Assembly: GCA_950097015.1 (NCBI GenBank)
Contig: CATNEN010000031.1
Span: 1,922,001 to 1,986,000, forward strand
Source of the DNA: Macrostomum hystrix
Taxonomy: Eukaryota > Animalia > Platyhelminthes
Length of the DNA stretch: 64,000 bases
Direction of reading: 5' to 3'
The translations under genes and the position numbers were made by a program. A model generated the notes under the pieces. It was not told the origin of the DNA and ran no database searches. It was given only the letters and a program-made list of their open reading frames with translations. Shown piece after piece: positions 12,866 through 24,744 of the stretch. The first letter of the stretch is position 1; the number at the start of each line of letters is the position of its first letter.

Positions 12866-13360
12866 CCTGTCCTTCAGTGCGACATCAGGCCTGTTATCGC
12901 GCCCAGCCTGTCCTTCAGTGTGACATCAGGCCTGTTATCGCGCCCAGCCTGTCCTTCAGTGTGTCATCAGGCCTGTTATCGCGCCCAGCCTGTCCTTCAG
13001 TGCGACATCAGGCCTGTTATCGCGCCCAGCCTGTCCTTCAGTGTGTCATCAGGCCTGTTATCGCGCCCAGCCTGTCCTTCAGTGCGACATCAGGCCTGTT
13101 ATCGCGCCCAGCCTGTCCTTCAGTGTGTCATCAGGCCTGTTATCGCGCCCAGCCTGTCCTTCAGTGCGACATCAGGCCTGTTATCGCGCCCAGCCTGTCC
13201 TTCAGTGTGACATCAGGCCTGTTATCGCGCCCAGCCTGTCCTTCAGCGTGACATCAGACCTGTTATCATGCCCAGCCTGTCCTTCAGCGTGACATCAGGC
13301 CTGTTATCATGCCCAGCCTGTCCTTCAGTGTGACATCAGGCCGGTTATCCCACACAGCCT
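12866..13360. repeat. Minisatellite, 41-bp unit GCCCAGCCTGTCCTTCAGTGCGACATCAGGCCTGTTATCGC, ~12 copies
   Basis: Period 41 measured (12901, 12942, 12983). Confidence 0.97.
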
Positions 13361-14153
13361 TGTTAAATTTTCTTGAAATAAACTATTCTAAAAGTAAATT
13401 TAGTCTCATTCTGAAAAGCCGAGAATGCCTATTTGATTTTTGCATGCATAGCAATTCACGGTGTGTTATTATTATTATAATCTCCTGACTTTGACAGACT
13501 AAAAGTGAACTTCTTCAATATTCTAGTTCGGCGATGAATCAGGTTAAAAGTTGAGGATTCAGCACAATGTCAAAAAAGATTTTTGTGAACATTTTCGCAT
13601 GGGAAAGCGACTAGGAGAGCAGAGCTAAGTGACTCATGCATGCTTTGATCAATGCTTTGTACACAGAAGATTTCTTATGCGATGATTGGAGCTTTACACA
13701 TAACTAGCAGAAGCACAGGACCCAGTTTGAGTTAAACTTTACGCCAGCTAAAAAACCAACAAACACAAGCAATCAATGTTGATTTAACTCCAGAAGAAGA
13801 ATGCAGGACAACAATGTTTTTAAGCAATTTTTAAGCATGAAGCTCGATTAGGTCAGCCCAAAATGACTATTATGCAACTTGCACTATGCACTATAATAGT
13901 ACAGTTAATACGATGCTTTAATTAACAATACGGTTACAATCAGTGTAATACAATGCCTGTCAATTGCTGTTGTTTTCGACCATTTTATCAGAGAGACCAT
14001 TCCAGGAAGTGTTGGAGCAGGGAAATGCGGTCGGACAGAAAATAACTTATCAGAAATTGATGGGACTTAAAGTATGGAAACTGCAGCACTGCACAGTTTA
14101 ATTATTTATCATATTTAGATTGGAGGTAGATCTAGGACAGAGCAGCTACTCAG

Positions 14154-17100
14154 CTAGACATTCGACTCTTCAATCAAGCCCATCGGCTCCTCCTGAAGGC
14201 GCCGTAGACTGTGCTGGTACACCAGCTGGGGCTGCTGCTGCTGTGGAAGATACTGGTGAAGCTGCTGCTGCTGCTGCTGCTGCTGGTACTGGATCTGATA
14301 CTGTAAATTCTGTTGAAGCTGCTGCTGATACTGCAGCTGCTGCTGTTGATGCTGTTGCAAAAGCTGCTGATGACCATCGGGCACCAGACAGCCGAAAGTG
14401 TCGTGTCCCGCTGGCGGCTGCTCGGCTGTCGTCCGTTCGGGCGCCGTCGCGCTGATGATTTGGCCATGAGCATCTGCAGCCGCTTCCGGTGTTGTGGAAC
14501 TGGTGGCCGACAGCACGACTAGGCCGGCTGCGTGATAGCAGGCCGCTAGCAGGAGGCCGCACAGGCAGAGGCTGCAGAGGGAGCGGGCTACGCTGCGCGC
14601 GTCCGCCAGCAGCTGCGCCAGCGCGCCATCGCCGACGGCGGATGTCGGGCCTGCAGCGAGAGAGCCGGGAGACCCTCATACTGAATTTGAATAAGCTAAA
14701 TAGTTAAAAACATTAATATTTGCTGGAGGGCTATGGGCACTTTGTTTGAATGCAGCCAGTGGCTCAACACACACGCACATAGATATCGTACGCGGGCACA
14801 CACACAGGTGTGCACATCTGCCCTGACTTTCTCATCGTCAGACAGTGTACACTCTCACTGTGCCTTGGAGGTTGGGTCTCATAGTTAAATTTCACGACAA
14901 GCTCCCAAGAGTTCTCTCCGCGCCCTAAATGAATGTGGCCTCGCCGCGGAATCGAGCTCAGGGACCTTGGTGCGAGAGGCAGACGCGCTTTGCAACACAC
15001 CTCCTCTAAATAGGTAATTTAATATTTTTACTGCGTTTAAAGTGCTTTAACTGTTTTAAAATATGCTTAAACACGAAGGCTCTACGATGTTATTTTAGCT
15101 ATATGAGCACACAGCCAGTGCTCAGTGAGTTGTGTCTGTTTCATCGTATCTGAACAGATAGAATGACCGCACCACCTCAATAACCACTCACTCAGTTGCG
15201 CATAGGTGAGATTTGCGCCGCTGGTGATTGGCAAAAAGTTGCAGGTCTGGTCATCGAATTTGATGGGCGCAAGCTCGGCTCCGCCCAGGCTGCAGTGCTT
15301 CATATCGGACAGTTCGCACGCGTACCTCAGGTAAGTCTCCTTGAAGAAGTTCTGCAATAGCGATAGGCCAATTAAACAGGGTGAGAACTTGGTCGGGAGT
15401 GCCAGAGCATTTTTCAACTCCTTTCAGCTCACCTGATCGTAGTTAAACCTGCTGACCAGCTGCATCAGGCGGGCCACCTCGACGCGGCTCTCCAGCTTGA
15501 AGGCGCCGGCGAAGGCCGGTCCGTTCAGCAGCGCCGCCTGCGACGCGGCCAGCCGTCCTGCTTGGTCGGCCAGCTCGGCCAGGAGCGGGCGGGAAATTCT
15601 GACAGTTGAAGGCGCAGATTTCTGCGAGGTTAACAAAGACCATGTCGAAGTTGAAGACGACTTCGAAAGCGCGCCGGACGCTGCGTCGCTGTTGAATGCC
15701 AGAACGGCGCGCTCGCAGACTGCCAGAATGAGGAGGAGGCAGAGGGCGGCGGTGAGGCCGCAGAGCAGTGCCAGGCAGTGGCTGGACTGCGAGCACGAGT
15801 TTCGCACACGGCAGCAGCCGCCAGCCGAGCCGCCATCGGTTGAAGCCATCGCCGAAGCCGACGCGGAAGTGGACGCCGAGCCGGGACGATCAAATCGACG
15901 TCGCTGATCTCCGGGGCGTTGCTGCTGTTGAAAGCGCCGACCAGGCGACTGCGGCGGCTGCAACGGGCGCAGGTCGGATTTTGACCAGTCGACGGTTCGG
16001 CGGCCGGTGCAGAGCCGCTTGACGGTGCGCACCGTGTGGTACAGTCGGTACAGCAGCACCAGCAGGTCCAGCAACAGGAGGAACAGGCGCAGCTGGAGCA
16101 GGCTGAACCCACCGCTGCCGCCGCTGCCGAGAAGCTTCGCGCCTCGGCTGCCATCGACACCGGGATCGTCCATCATGGAGCTTCCACCGACGCCGACCCC
16201 ACTCGCCTCGCTCTGATAGGCTGAATCGTCGTTTGACGAAAAAGATCGATGCGAATCGCCGATGTCCTCGGCCGCGGAGGTTGAAGACGCCGACGATGAT
16301 GTGGCAGCTTCGGAGGCCGCAGGTGGATAAAATGCGGAATCGCTGAACTGGGGAAGCATCTGGCTGAACCTGATTGAGGTTTGAGTGAAAGAACGGCTTT
16401 GGGCTTAATTTCACAAGTGCATTTCACAAGAGCAAATGCCGACTGCTTGCATCCTGTCTAACAGGGAAGGGTGCAATCAGGCCTGACTATTCCAAGAATC
16501 CTATCTAGCATATCTAACTAGTAGAAAAATACAGACTAAAAGGTAGAACAGTCATATCTAACAGGTAGAACAGTCAGGTCTAACACGTAGAACAGTCATG
16601 TCTAACAGGTAGAACAGTCATGTCTGACAGGTATAACAGTGTTGTCTAACAGGTAGAACAGTATTATCTAACAGGTAGAACAGTATTATCTAACAGGTAC
16701 AACAGTCATGTCTAACAGGTACAACAGTCATGTCTAACAGGTACAACAGTCATGTCTAACACGTAGAACACAGTTGTCTAACAGGTAGAACATTGTCGTC
16801 TAACAGGTAGAACATTGTCGTCTAACAGGTAGAACACTGTTGTCTAACAGGTAGAACACTGTTGTCTAACAGGTAGAAGAGGTTTTGAAAAAGTTGGTCA
16901 CGAATTCTCAGGTACTCCAACACGGGTCAGCGGAGGCATAGAACAGTGAACAGAAAAAGAAGCCAAACTCATAAATAGTAAATCCACTTTAACAGCAAAG
17001 AGAGTCAGCGGCTGACAAGCACCTTTTCTCCCCTCACTCCCAGAAGCAGCAGCAGCAGCAGTCGGATCAATGACCACTTGGCAGGCTCTAGGTTTCCTGG

Positions 17101-19030
17101 CCCAGTCCAGCCGAAAATTTAATCGACTATAAAAGCAGTTTTCTGCTCAGCTATCGCCAGAGAAACCGGCATCACCTTTCCATGATATTCACCTTCCCCG
17201 GATCCCTGAGACACGCCCGCGACCTCAACCGCATGCTTCAACTCGGCTGGGAAATGAGAACAGAGGAAAGGAAGGGAAGACGGGTCGGATTTCAATCGAA
17301 CCAGCTCACTGCCCCGCCTCACCTGGTGAAGTAAATTTCCTAACTCTCCACACCACCCACCGAGCTGTCTGCTGCTCCCGCCTCAACCTTGACCCCCGAC
17401 CGGATCTCGGCGAGAAGGAAGAATTGGAAATTGGGAATAACAGCCCAGGAAGTAGAAAAAACTGTCGATTGACATCGTTGAGAATGGATATTTTCCCTCA
17501 ACTTTTTACTCCCCACGAAGTATCGCAAGTCAGTGTATACAGTGATTTCCGGTTTTTCTGTCTTATCAGTGCGGCGAACTGGGGCGAAAAGTCCAATTCA
17601 CATCAAATTGATTAAATCTGATTGACTAAGACTAGTCACGTGATTAGCTAAAAAACAGGGGTTCCCCCGCTATTCTTCCAAAAATAGCAACCCCAACCCC
17701 TCAAATTTAAACCCTTCCCGCCAGTAGCCAATTAGATTGAGGAGTGGGGAGGTTCACAGTCACAGAGACAAAGCTAACCTTTTCCATAGCACGGTGGGGA
17801 TGAGGTGCAACTCTTCGGCGTTCGTATCCTCCAGGAAGCTCATAAAGTCCACATCCCGCTTTCTCAGGTGTGACTTTCGCTGGTAGAAGTCGTACAGAGA
17901 CTCGATGAGGAAGTGACTCCGGTTGTAAATGCTGAGCGGGAAGCTCATCCACTTGTTGCTGTACACACCTTTGAGGTACTTGGCGTAGGGCGCATACTTC
18001 AACTCCAGGCGGTCGCTCAGCTCCTGCAGCTGCACGTCCAGGAAGGCGCTGAGCCGGCCGGCGAAGTCCCGGTGCTCGGCCAGGAACCTTTCGCCCAGCA
18101 GCCGGCCAGCTGAGCGGTCACCGCTGAACGCCAGACGTGCCTGGGCTTCGGCCGAGCGCTTGAAGTCGGCGCCAAGGTCAGCCAGATTCGTGGCCAGGAC
18201 GCGGTCGCAGGCCTGCCGCATCTCGCGCAGGTGGTCCAGCTGGTTGAACTGCTCAGCGCCGCTCAGCATCTCCAGCTGCTCCAGCTCGGACCGGAACGAG
18301 GCTCGATAGCTGCCGCCTCCGCCACCGACGGCGCCTCCGCCGCTACCGTCGCGCTCAAAGCGGGCAAACTCGTCGGGTCGCATAGCCAGCAGGAGGGAGG
18401 CAGCTGCAGAGAATGTAAACAGCAGGCAGTAGCAGATTCGCAGCGCCAGGTAGACAGCCACCAGGAGCCGCCGGCGCCACTGGCTGCAGGCTACGACAGG
18501 TGCCGTTGCCGCCGCCGCCTGCTGCTGCCGTTGCTGCCTGCCGCGTTCTCCACCGCGGCACGAACGGACCAGGAGGAAGGTGACCAGCAGGAAGAGATAT
18601 AGCAGGCCCAGCAGCACGCAGAGAACCAGCGGCACCATGCCGCCTCCGCCAGCGACGCCGGTGCCGCGGTCGATGCTCCAACCGGTCTCTTCTGAAGCCG
18701 CCGCAGCAGCAGCCGCAGCCGCCGCCGCGCCTCCCGCCTTGCCGCCCAGTCGCCCGTCGAAGTTAGCCAGCCGCACCTGGCTCAGGTAGATTCTAGACCT
18801 GCCAACGCAGTCGTCTAAGTCGGCTTCGAGATCCGCGTCGCCGGGTAGATCGGCGAGGCCGCCGCTACCGACGTCGCCGTTGAGTGTGGCATCCGGCCCG
18901 AGCAGGGGCAGAGTGAGTTCAGCGCTGAAGCTCAGCTGCCGGACCAGCCACTCCTGGGCAAGAAGAAGGCGCCGCCTGCCGATGTCCTTCAGCTGCAGGC
19001 GAATGTAGGCCGGCGTCGAGGTCACGGAGC
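14154..19030 (-). CDS. Multi-pass (about 5 TM) membrane protein with a poly-Q C-terminal tail; exons 19030-17779, 16369-15433, 15351-15192, 14650-14154 (stop TAG)
   Basis: All four exons have canonical AG/GT ends, and phases (1-2, 2-0, 0-1, 1-stop) join with no stop: ...PTVLWKR|FSQMLPQF...RFNYDQ|NFFKETYLRYAC...TYAQL|SPTSVGDG...EESNV*. Hydrophobic stretches MVPLVLCVLLGLLYLFLLVTFLLV, LLVAVYLALRICYCLLFTFSAAASLLLAM, LRLFLLLLDLLVLLY, LALLCGLTAALCLLLILAVC, LCSLCLCGLLLAACYHAAGLVVL. Family not recognised. Confidence 0.88.
16544..16878. repeat. Minisatellite, 22-bp unit TCTAACAGGTAGAACAGTCATG, ~15 copies (intronic)
   Basis: Tandem periodicity with variant units. Confidence 0.93.
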
Positions 19031-19163
19031 CTGGGCGGCAGGAGGATGAGAGCTCAAAGGGATTAGAGTTTATCGTTGGAACTTTATCCCCTATCAAGCC
19101 CTATCCCATTGGTCCATAGAAAGCTCTATAAACACATTGGATAGTTCAAGGATGTAATCATTA

Positions 19164-19420
19164 GCATCGTCGGGAACCAGCTACGGATAACTAATTGCGT
19201 CTCATGTGGCATAGGTTTGGGGTTCGAATCCAAAGTGGAGTGGTTGCTCAGGTTTTTATTCCACTGGGCGGGAAAGTCGGCATCATTATTTCACGCCACC
19301 CCTAGCCAACAGGCCGTCGGTGAGATCAGATGTTGCATAACTCTTACATGCGACCTGATCTTTACAATCAGTGAGCATGGCAACACGGCCTAACTAAATC
19401 CGTGCCAGGCCTCATTCCAG
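19164..19420 (+). mobile_element. Probable tRNA-derived SINE
   Basis: B-box GGGGTTCGAATCC near 19220-19232, preceded by a degenerate tRNA-like 5' half and followed by non-tRNA body sequence. Boundaries approximate. Confidence 0.45.
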
Positions 19421-19539
19421 GCCGACTGAGCGGCGCCGGTTCCCTGCCTCCTCATTTGCGGGGATCTTTCATTCTCATCTCAGTCCTTTGTTTTCCCCGT
19501 CTCTCTTATTTTTCTCTTCTTCCTTTGTCCTTTTCCATC

Positions 19540-20175
19540 GCCACCGTTTCCGTCTTCCCTCCCGTCTCTTCACCCCCGTCTTCTTCCCAATCTTCCCCGG
19601 TCTCCTCCGCCTCCTTCCCCGAGTCCTTAAAGGTCTTCTCGTTATTCCTCCCTATCTTCTCTCCCGTCTCCTCCCCTGTCTCAAAGCTCGGCTCCTCCTC
19701 CTTCCCCGTCTTCTCTCCGGTCTCCTCCCCGTCTTCTCTCCCGTCTCCTCCCCGTCTCCAAAGCTCATCTCCTCCCCGTCTCCAAGCTCATCTCCTTCCC
19801 CGTCTCCGAGCTCATCTCCTTCCCCGTCTTCTCTCCCGTCTCCTCCCCGTCTTCTCTCCCGTCTCCTCCCCGTCTCCAAAGCTCATCTCCTCCTCCGTCT
19901 CCGAGCTCATCTCCTTCCCCGTCTTCTCTCCCGTCTCCTCCCCGTCTTCTCTCCCGTCTCCTCCCCGTCTCCAAAGCTCATCTCCTCCCCGTCTCCAAGC
20001 TCATCTCCTCCCATGTCTCCAAGCTCATCTCCTCCCCATTCCTCCCTGTCTTCTCTCCCATCTCCAACCCATTCCTCCCTGTCTTCTCTCCTGTCTCCAA
20101 CCCACTCCTCCCTGTCTTCTCTCCCGTCTCCTCCCCCGTCTCCAAGTTCATCTCCTCCCTTATCTTCTTTCACGG
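19540..20175. repeat. Pyrimidine-rich degenerate tandem repeat (CTCCTCCCCGTCTTCTCTCCCGT / CCAAAGCTCATCT motifs)
   Basis: CT-rich hierarchical repeat; it produces the spurious S/P-rich ORFs in the track. Confidence 0.9.
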
Positions 20176-21382
20176 CACCTCCTTATCACTTTTCTGTCTT
20201 CGCCTCCAGGACCACAAAGAGAGAAAAGAGAGAACACAGTCAGCAGAGCAGTGTCAAGACACTGCCAACAAAAGTACACCCGTTGCATTCGAAGCTTGGC
20301 AAAGGCTGCGGGCGGCATTTTGCGAGGAATTGAGCTTCACAAAGCGAAAATAGGGGAGTTAAATTTAGTGTGAAGAAGTGGTGCAGGCGCCTCGCACCTC
20401 GGGTCCGGCACGCACACTGCTTGCCAAAGAGAATAAGACGAATAAGAAGATGAGGCAGGCAAGTCTGGAGAGAGAGAAGTAAAAAAAGAAGAGAGAAACG
20501 GCGAGAAAGAAGATCTTGGCAGTGCCAACACGCGGAACGGCTTCGCTGTGGAATTGGGATTAAATTAACGCGCTTTTGATGGCGCCATCGCCTCCGAGCC
20601 GGTGTGAGGGTGTAAGCGAAGCCCCAGTGTGTTGAGAATCTAGCTTAAAGCTCCGAAGAACTGCGACTAATTTCATTATACTCGTACAACGACTGTGCAT
20701 GTAATCCGCAACGAAATGCACTAAAAAAAGACTTACTCGGAAGGCTATCTGATTAAGTCTAGCTATAGGCTTTTTTGGCATTGGCGGTAAGTTTGCCGAC
20801 ACTTTCAAAGCCACTGGGCTACTAGCAATGGCTTCAGATTGTTATTTAACACTTTCGCATGCAAATGCCAATTTTGGATTCTTTGAAGCAGCAATCAAGC
20901 TTTGCGTAATTGGATGGTATAGAAATCGATGCGTTTCAGACGAAGTTAAGATGTGACGCAGTTGACTCTGTATAACGGACTCATTAAACATTTTTGACAG
21001 CTTCATTTTGAGCTCAATCAGCCAACAGTCTAAAAAGCAGCGACACGTTTGTGCTTAGGGAAGATTTGGGATCTGTCTAGATAGTGAAGGATGAATATTT
21101 CCTGTACGTATCGGAAATGTGACACGCGAAAGGAACTACAGGCGAGATGGGACACGAGGGAGAGCTAGATATGTTGCGTATCCTGTTTCCCCGAGTCACA
21201 TCCACAATTACAAGTGGGGTTTATCCTGCCCGCTTACCCTATGAAGGCAATGAAATGTAGAGAGAGAATTGAGCATGCAAATCGCCACCGTGGCAAAGAG
21301 TAATCAAATTCTCACAGATCCTCTATCCCACTAATGTTTTATCCCCTATATACAGGGACTCATCCGAACTCCTCCGAAGGAG

Positions 21383-22326
21383 AAGTTCCGCTCGTATACC
21401 ACTAACCTCCAGTCCCATAGACATTCCATGTGCCATTCCTTCGGAGGAGTTCCGCTCGTATACCACTAACCTCCAGTCCCATAGACATTCCATGTGCCAT
21501 TCCTTCGGAGGAGTTCCGCTCGTATACCACTAACCTCCAGTCCCATAGACATTCCATGTGCCATTCCTTCGGAGGAGTTCCGCTCGTATACCACTAACCT
21601 CCAGTCCCATAGACATTCCATGTGCCATTCCTTCGGAGGAGTTCCGCTCGTATACCACTAACCTCCAGTCCCATAGACATTCCATGTGCCATTCCTTCGG
21701 AGGAGTTCCTCTCGTATACCACTAACCTCCAGTCCCATAGACATTCCATGTGCCATTCCTTCGGAGGAGTTCCGCTCGTATACCACTAACCTCCAGTCCC
21801 ATAGACATTCCATGTGCCATTCCTTCGGAGGAGTTCCGCTCGTATACCACTAACCTCCAGTCCCATAGACATTCCATGTGCCATTCCTTCGGAGGAGTTC
21901 CGCTCGTATACCACTAACCTCCAGTCCCATAGACATTCCATGTGCCATTCCTTCGGAGGAGTTCCGCTCGTATACCACTAACCTCCAGTCCCATAGACAT
22001 TCCATGTGCCATTCCTTCGGAGGAGTTCCTCTCGTATACCACTAACCTCCAGTCCCATAGACATTCCATGTGCCATTCCTTCGGAGGAGTTCCGCTCGTA
22101 TACCACTAACCTCCAGTCCCATAGACATTCCATGTGCCATTCCTTCGGAGGAGTTCCGCTCGTATACCACTAACCTCCAGTCCCATAGACATTCCATGTG
22201 CCATTCCTTCGGAGGAGTTCCGCTCGTATACCACTAACCTCCAGTCCCATAGACATTCCATGTGCCATTCCTTCGGAGGAGTTCCGCTCGTATACCACTA
22301 ACCTCCAGTCCCATAGACATTCCATG
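21383..22326. repeat. Minisatellite, 64-bp unit GAGTTCCGCTCGTATACCACTAACCTCCAGTCCCATAGACATTCCATGTGCCATTCCTTCGGAG, ~14.7 near-identical copies
   Basis: Period 64 measured (21385 to 21449). No unique spacers. Confidence 0.98.
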
Positions 22327-22788
22327 CGCCGCCGCCACTTGGGATCTAACCTTGACGCCAGTTTTATCCCCAATTAGTGAGGCTATCTCGCTTAGCAGAT
22401 TATTGCTTAACAAAGTGTAGGACAAAGTGTGGGCAAGTATACAGGCTGCTAGAGAAAACAATTCAAGTAATCCACACACGGGGCAGAGCTGAGGTGAGCG
22501 AGCTGATTGACAGCCCTTCAAAACGTGGGCTTAGTTAAAAGAGCCGCCAAGCAGACCAAAAGTGGAGTGGAGAGAGGAAAATAGAAAATTGCTGCGAATT
22601 GCTGGCGGAATTTGGCTGCCAAAAGGCTGTGCTATTTGTTGTTGTTGTCATTGTTGGGGTCTGCCGGCTACTAATATCGAGTGTTTCAGAAGTTTTCAGC
22701 TGGGTTGGTCACGCGGGCCCGGTATTTAGCTTAAATAATTCATCTAGAATGCACACAATGGTCCGCCCCCCGCCATTAATTAATTTAC

Positions 22789-22900
22789 CTGCCATCGCAA
22801 TCAGATTGGCCGGAGGGTTGTTGGGCGGGGAGTTTTCCTGAGCACAGATACCGACTATGAAGGAGGCGGTAAGGAATGAAAAATATCCCATTGGTCTCAT
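22789..22900 (-). CDS. Candidate upstream exon of the 5-TM gene: either a first exon with signal peptide (MRPMGYFSFLTASFIVGICA|QENSPP..., 22900-22789) or a 66-nt internal exon (22854-22789)
   Basis: Donor CAG|GTAAAT at 22788 is phase 1, matching the phase-1 start of exon 19030. A pyrimidine-rich acceptor ...CCTCCTTCATAG|22854 is also phase 1. Confidence 0.45.
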
Positions 22901-23419
22901 TGGGCATGAAGAGCAGGGGACAACAATAATAAAAATAATAATAATACGTGCTTATAATGATAATTATAATGATAATCATTAATCTGAGCCTACCTAAAAA
23001 CGGGTTGGTAAGCGGGCAGGGCGATAAAGGCGAGATTGGCGAGGCCGAAATCCCAAATCCCAGCTGGCACAGGAAGAGGAGTGAGTGGGTACTGGACAAA
23101 AGGCAAAAAACGGTAGTGAGTTCTAGCATTGCAGTCCCGCTTAGGGATTAGCTATATTTCTGGGCCGCCGAATGACTAGTGTATTAAATCTGCATTGCAT
23201 GCTTTTACTGATAAGATAAAAGTGCAAGTCTCAGAGATGACAATTTGGACTTGAAAGTTATTTTCTATCAGATCTCAAGTGCATCTCGATTTGTTTTAAA
23301 GCAGCTATAAAATTACCACTTTCCTGGGATCTGCCAATTTATATTTTCTTAGGAAAAAGTGATTTTATCAAACTGGGATTAAAGGTTTTTTAGGATGGAG
23401 GGGTTTAGGGTGATAGGAA

Positions 23420-23925
23420 TTTAGGGTGATGGGGATTTAGGACGATGGGGATTTAGGATGATGGGGATTTAGGATGATGGGGATTTAGGATGATGGGGAT
23501 TTAGGATGATGGGGATTTAGGATGATGGGGATTTAGGATGATGGGGAATTAGGACGATGGGGATTTAGGATGATGGGGATTTAGGGTGGTCGGGATTTAG
23601 GATGATGGGGATTTAGGATGATGGGGACTTAGGATGTTGGGGACTTAGGATGATGGGGATTTAGGATGATGGGGATTTAGGATGATGGGGATTTAGGGTG
23701 GTCGGGATTTAGGATGATGGGGATTTAGGATGATGGGGATTTAGGGTGGTCGGGATTTAGGATGATGGGGATTTAGGATGATGGGGATTTAGGATGATGG
23801 GGATTTAGGATGATGGGGACTTAGGATGATGGGGATTTAGGATGATGGGGATTTAGGATGATGGGGATTTAGGATGGTCGGGATTTAGGATGATGGGGAT
23901 TTAGGACGATGCTGATCTAGGATGA
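23420..23925. repeat. G-rich minisatellite, 16-bp unit GGGGATTTAGGATGAT, ~31 copies
   Basis: Tandem periodicity. Confidence 0.96.
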
Positions 23926-24744
23926 TAACGATTTTAGCGAACTGGGATAACGAGAATAGCGATAACGTCGGATTGGGATTTTTGCCGGTCAGAATTTCAG
24001 TTTGGTTGTTGACGAATAGTAGTTTTTTATCTAACAAAAAATCTGGGTTTATTTCGCACAGGAAAAGACTAAAAAATCAATGCCATGAAACATCTGGAGT
24101 CAGGTGAAAGGAATCGAATTACGGTTTGTACAACTGTATTAAAAAGAACGCACAAAACGTGACGAGGCCACCGGAGTGATATTGCACTGCTCAACTGTCT
24201 CGCTGCTTCTTGCTGCACGCCAGCAAATGAAAAGAACTGTTAATTACATTTCTGCCCACCGCCCTGCAGATTTCATTTGGCAATTCAATGAGTTTGGGTG
24301 GGAGACGCAGCGCTGGGTAATGAATAGAGAGTTACAAAACTGCTCCATCGTACCGCTCCGCAATGCGCCCCCACACAAGATATAGGGGCCAGAGGCAGGC
24401 ACAGGATTAGAAGTCCCAAAATGATTGAGAGTAAGAGGTAGAGAGACACAAGACTCATTCTGAGCTGATCTGCGGCTCCATTCAGGCCCCGATCCCGCCT
24501 CAATGCAGCAGCAGCAGCAGCAGCAGCAGGCCAGAAGTCGCATCCTCATCCATTTTCCGTCCTCCTTCCTTGCCAGACTCAATGAAGTAAATGCGCCAAA
24601 TTCAAACTGAGACACTGAACTGGCTGTCTGCCACAGTGCCTATGCCTGCCACATACTCTGCCCATAAAATGGCTGCTACTTCTCATGTAGGATAAGCTCA
24701 GAGAACCATTTTAACTTCCTTGAGTACAGATGCCATGCTAGGTA

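Noticed and set aside
17140-17410. Possible extra exon(s) between 17779 and 16369
   Set aside because: The flanking exons already join in phase to give WKR|FSQMLP, and the candidate translations are not protein-like.
14120-18789. Plus-strand and alternative-frame ORFs overlapping the 5-TM gene; similarly 580-888 (-) and 2747-3112 (+)
   Set aside because: These are shadow ORFs of GC-rich exons. Splice sites and phases support only the frames reported.
19402-20373. Long Ser/Pro/Leu-rich ORFs (also 30644-31693, 54480-55531, 32942-33304, 12859-13292)
   Set aside because: All are read-throughs of low-complexity or tandem repeats with no unique coding content.
20700-20990. PHD-like or gag-like fragment (…KNPKLAFACEKC) and a strong donor at ~20735 on the minus strand
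   Set aside because: Only one CxxC, interrupted frames and no compatible phase with exon 19030. Too weak to call.
23400-23925. Interstitial telomere
   Set aside because: The unit is 16 bp with only a partial TTAGG word, not (TTAGGG)n.
24285-24503. Signal-peptide-like ORF MSLVSLYLLLSIILGLLILC… as first exon of the 5-TM gene
   Set aside because: No convincing phase-1 donor follows it. It remains possible but is unsupported from sequence alone.
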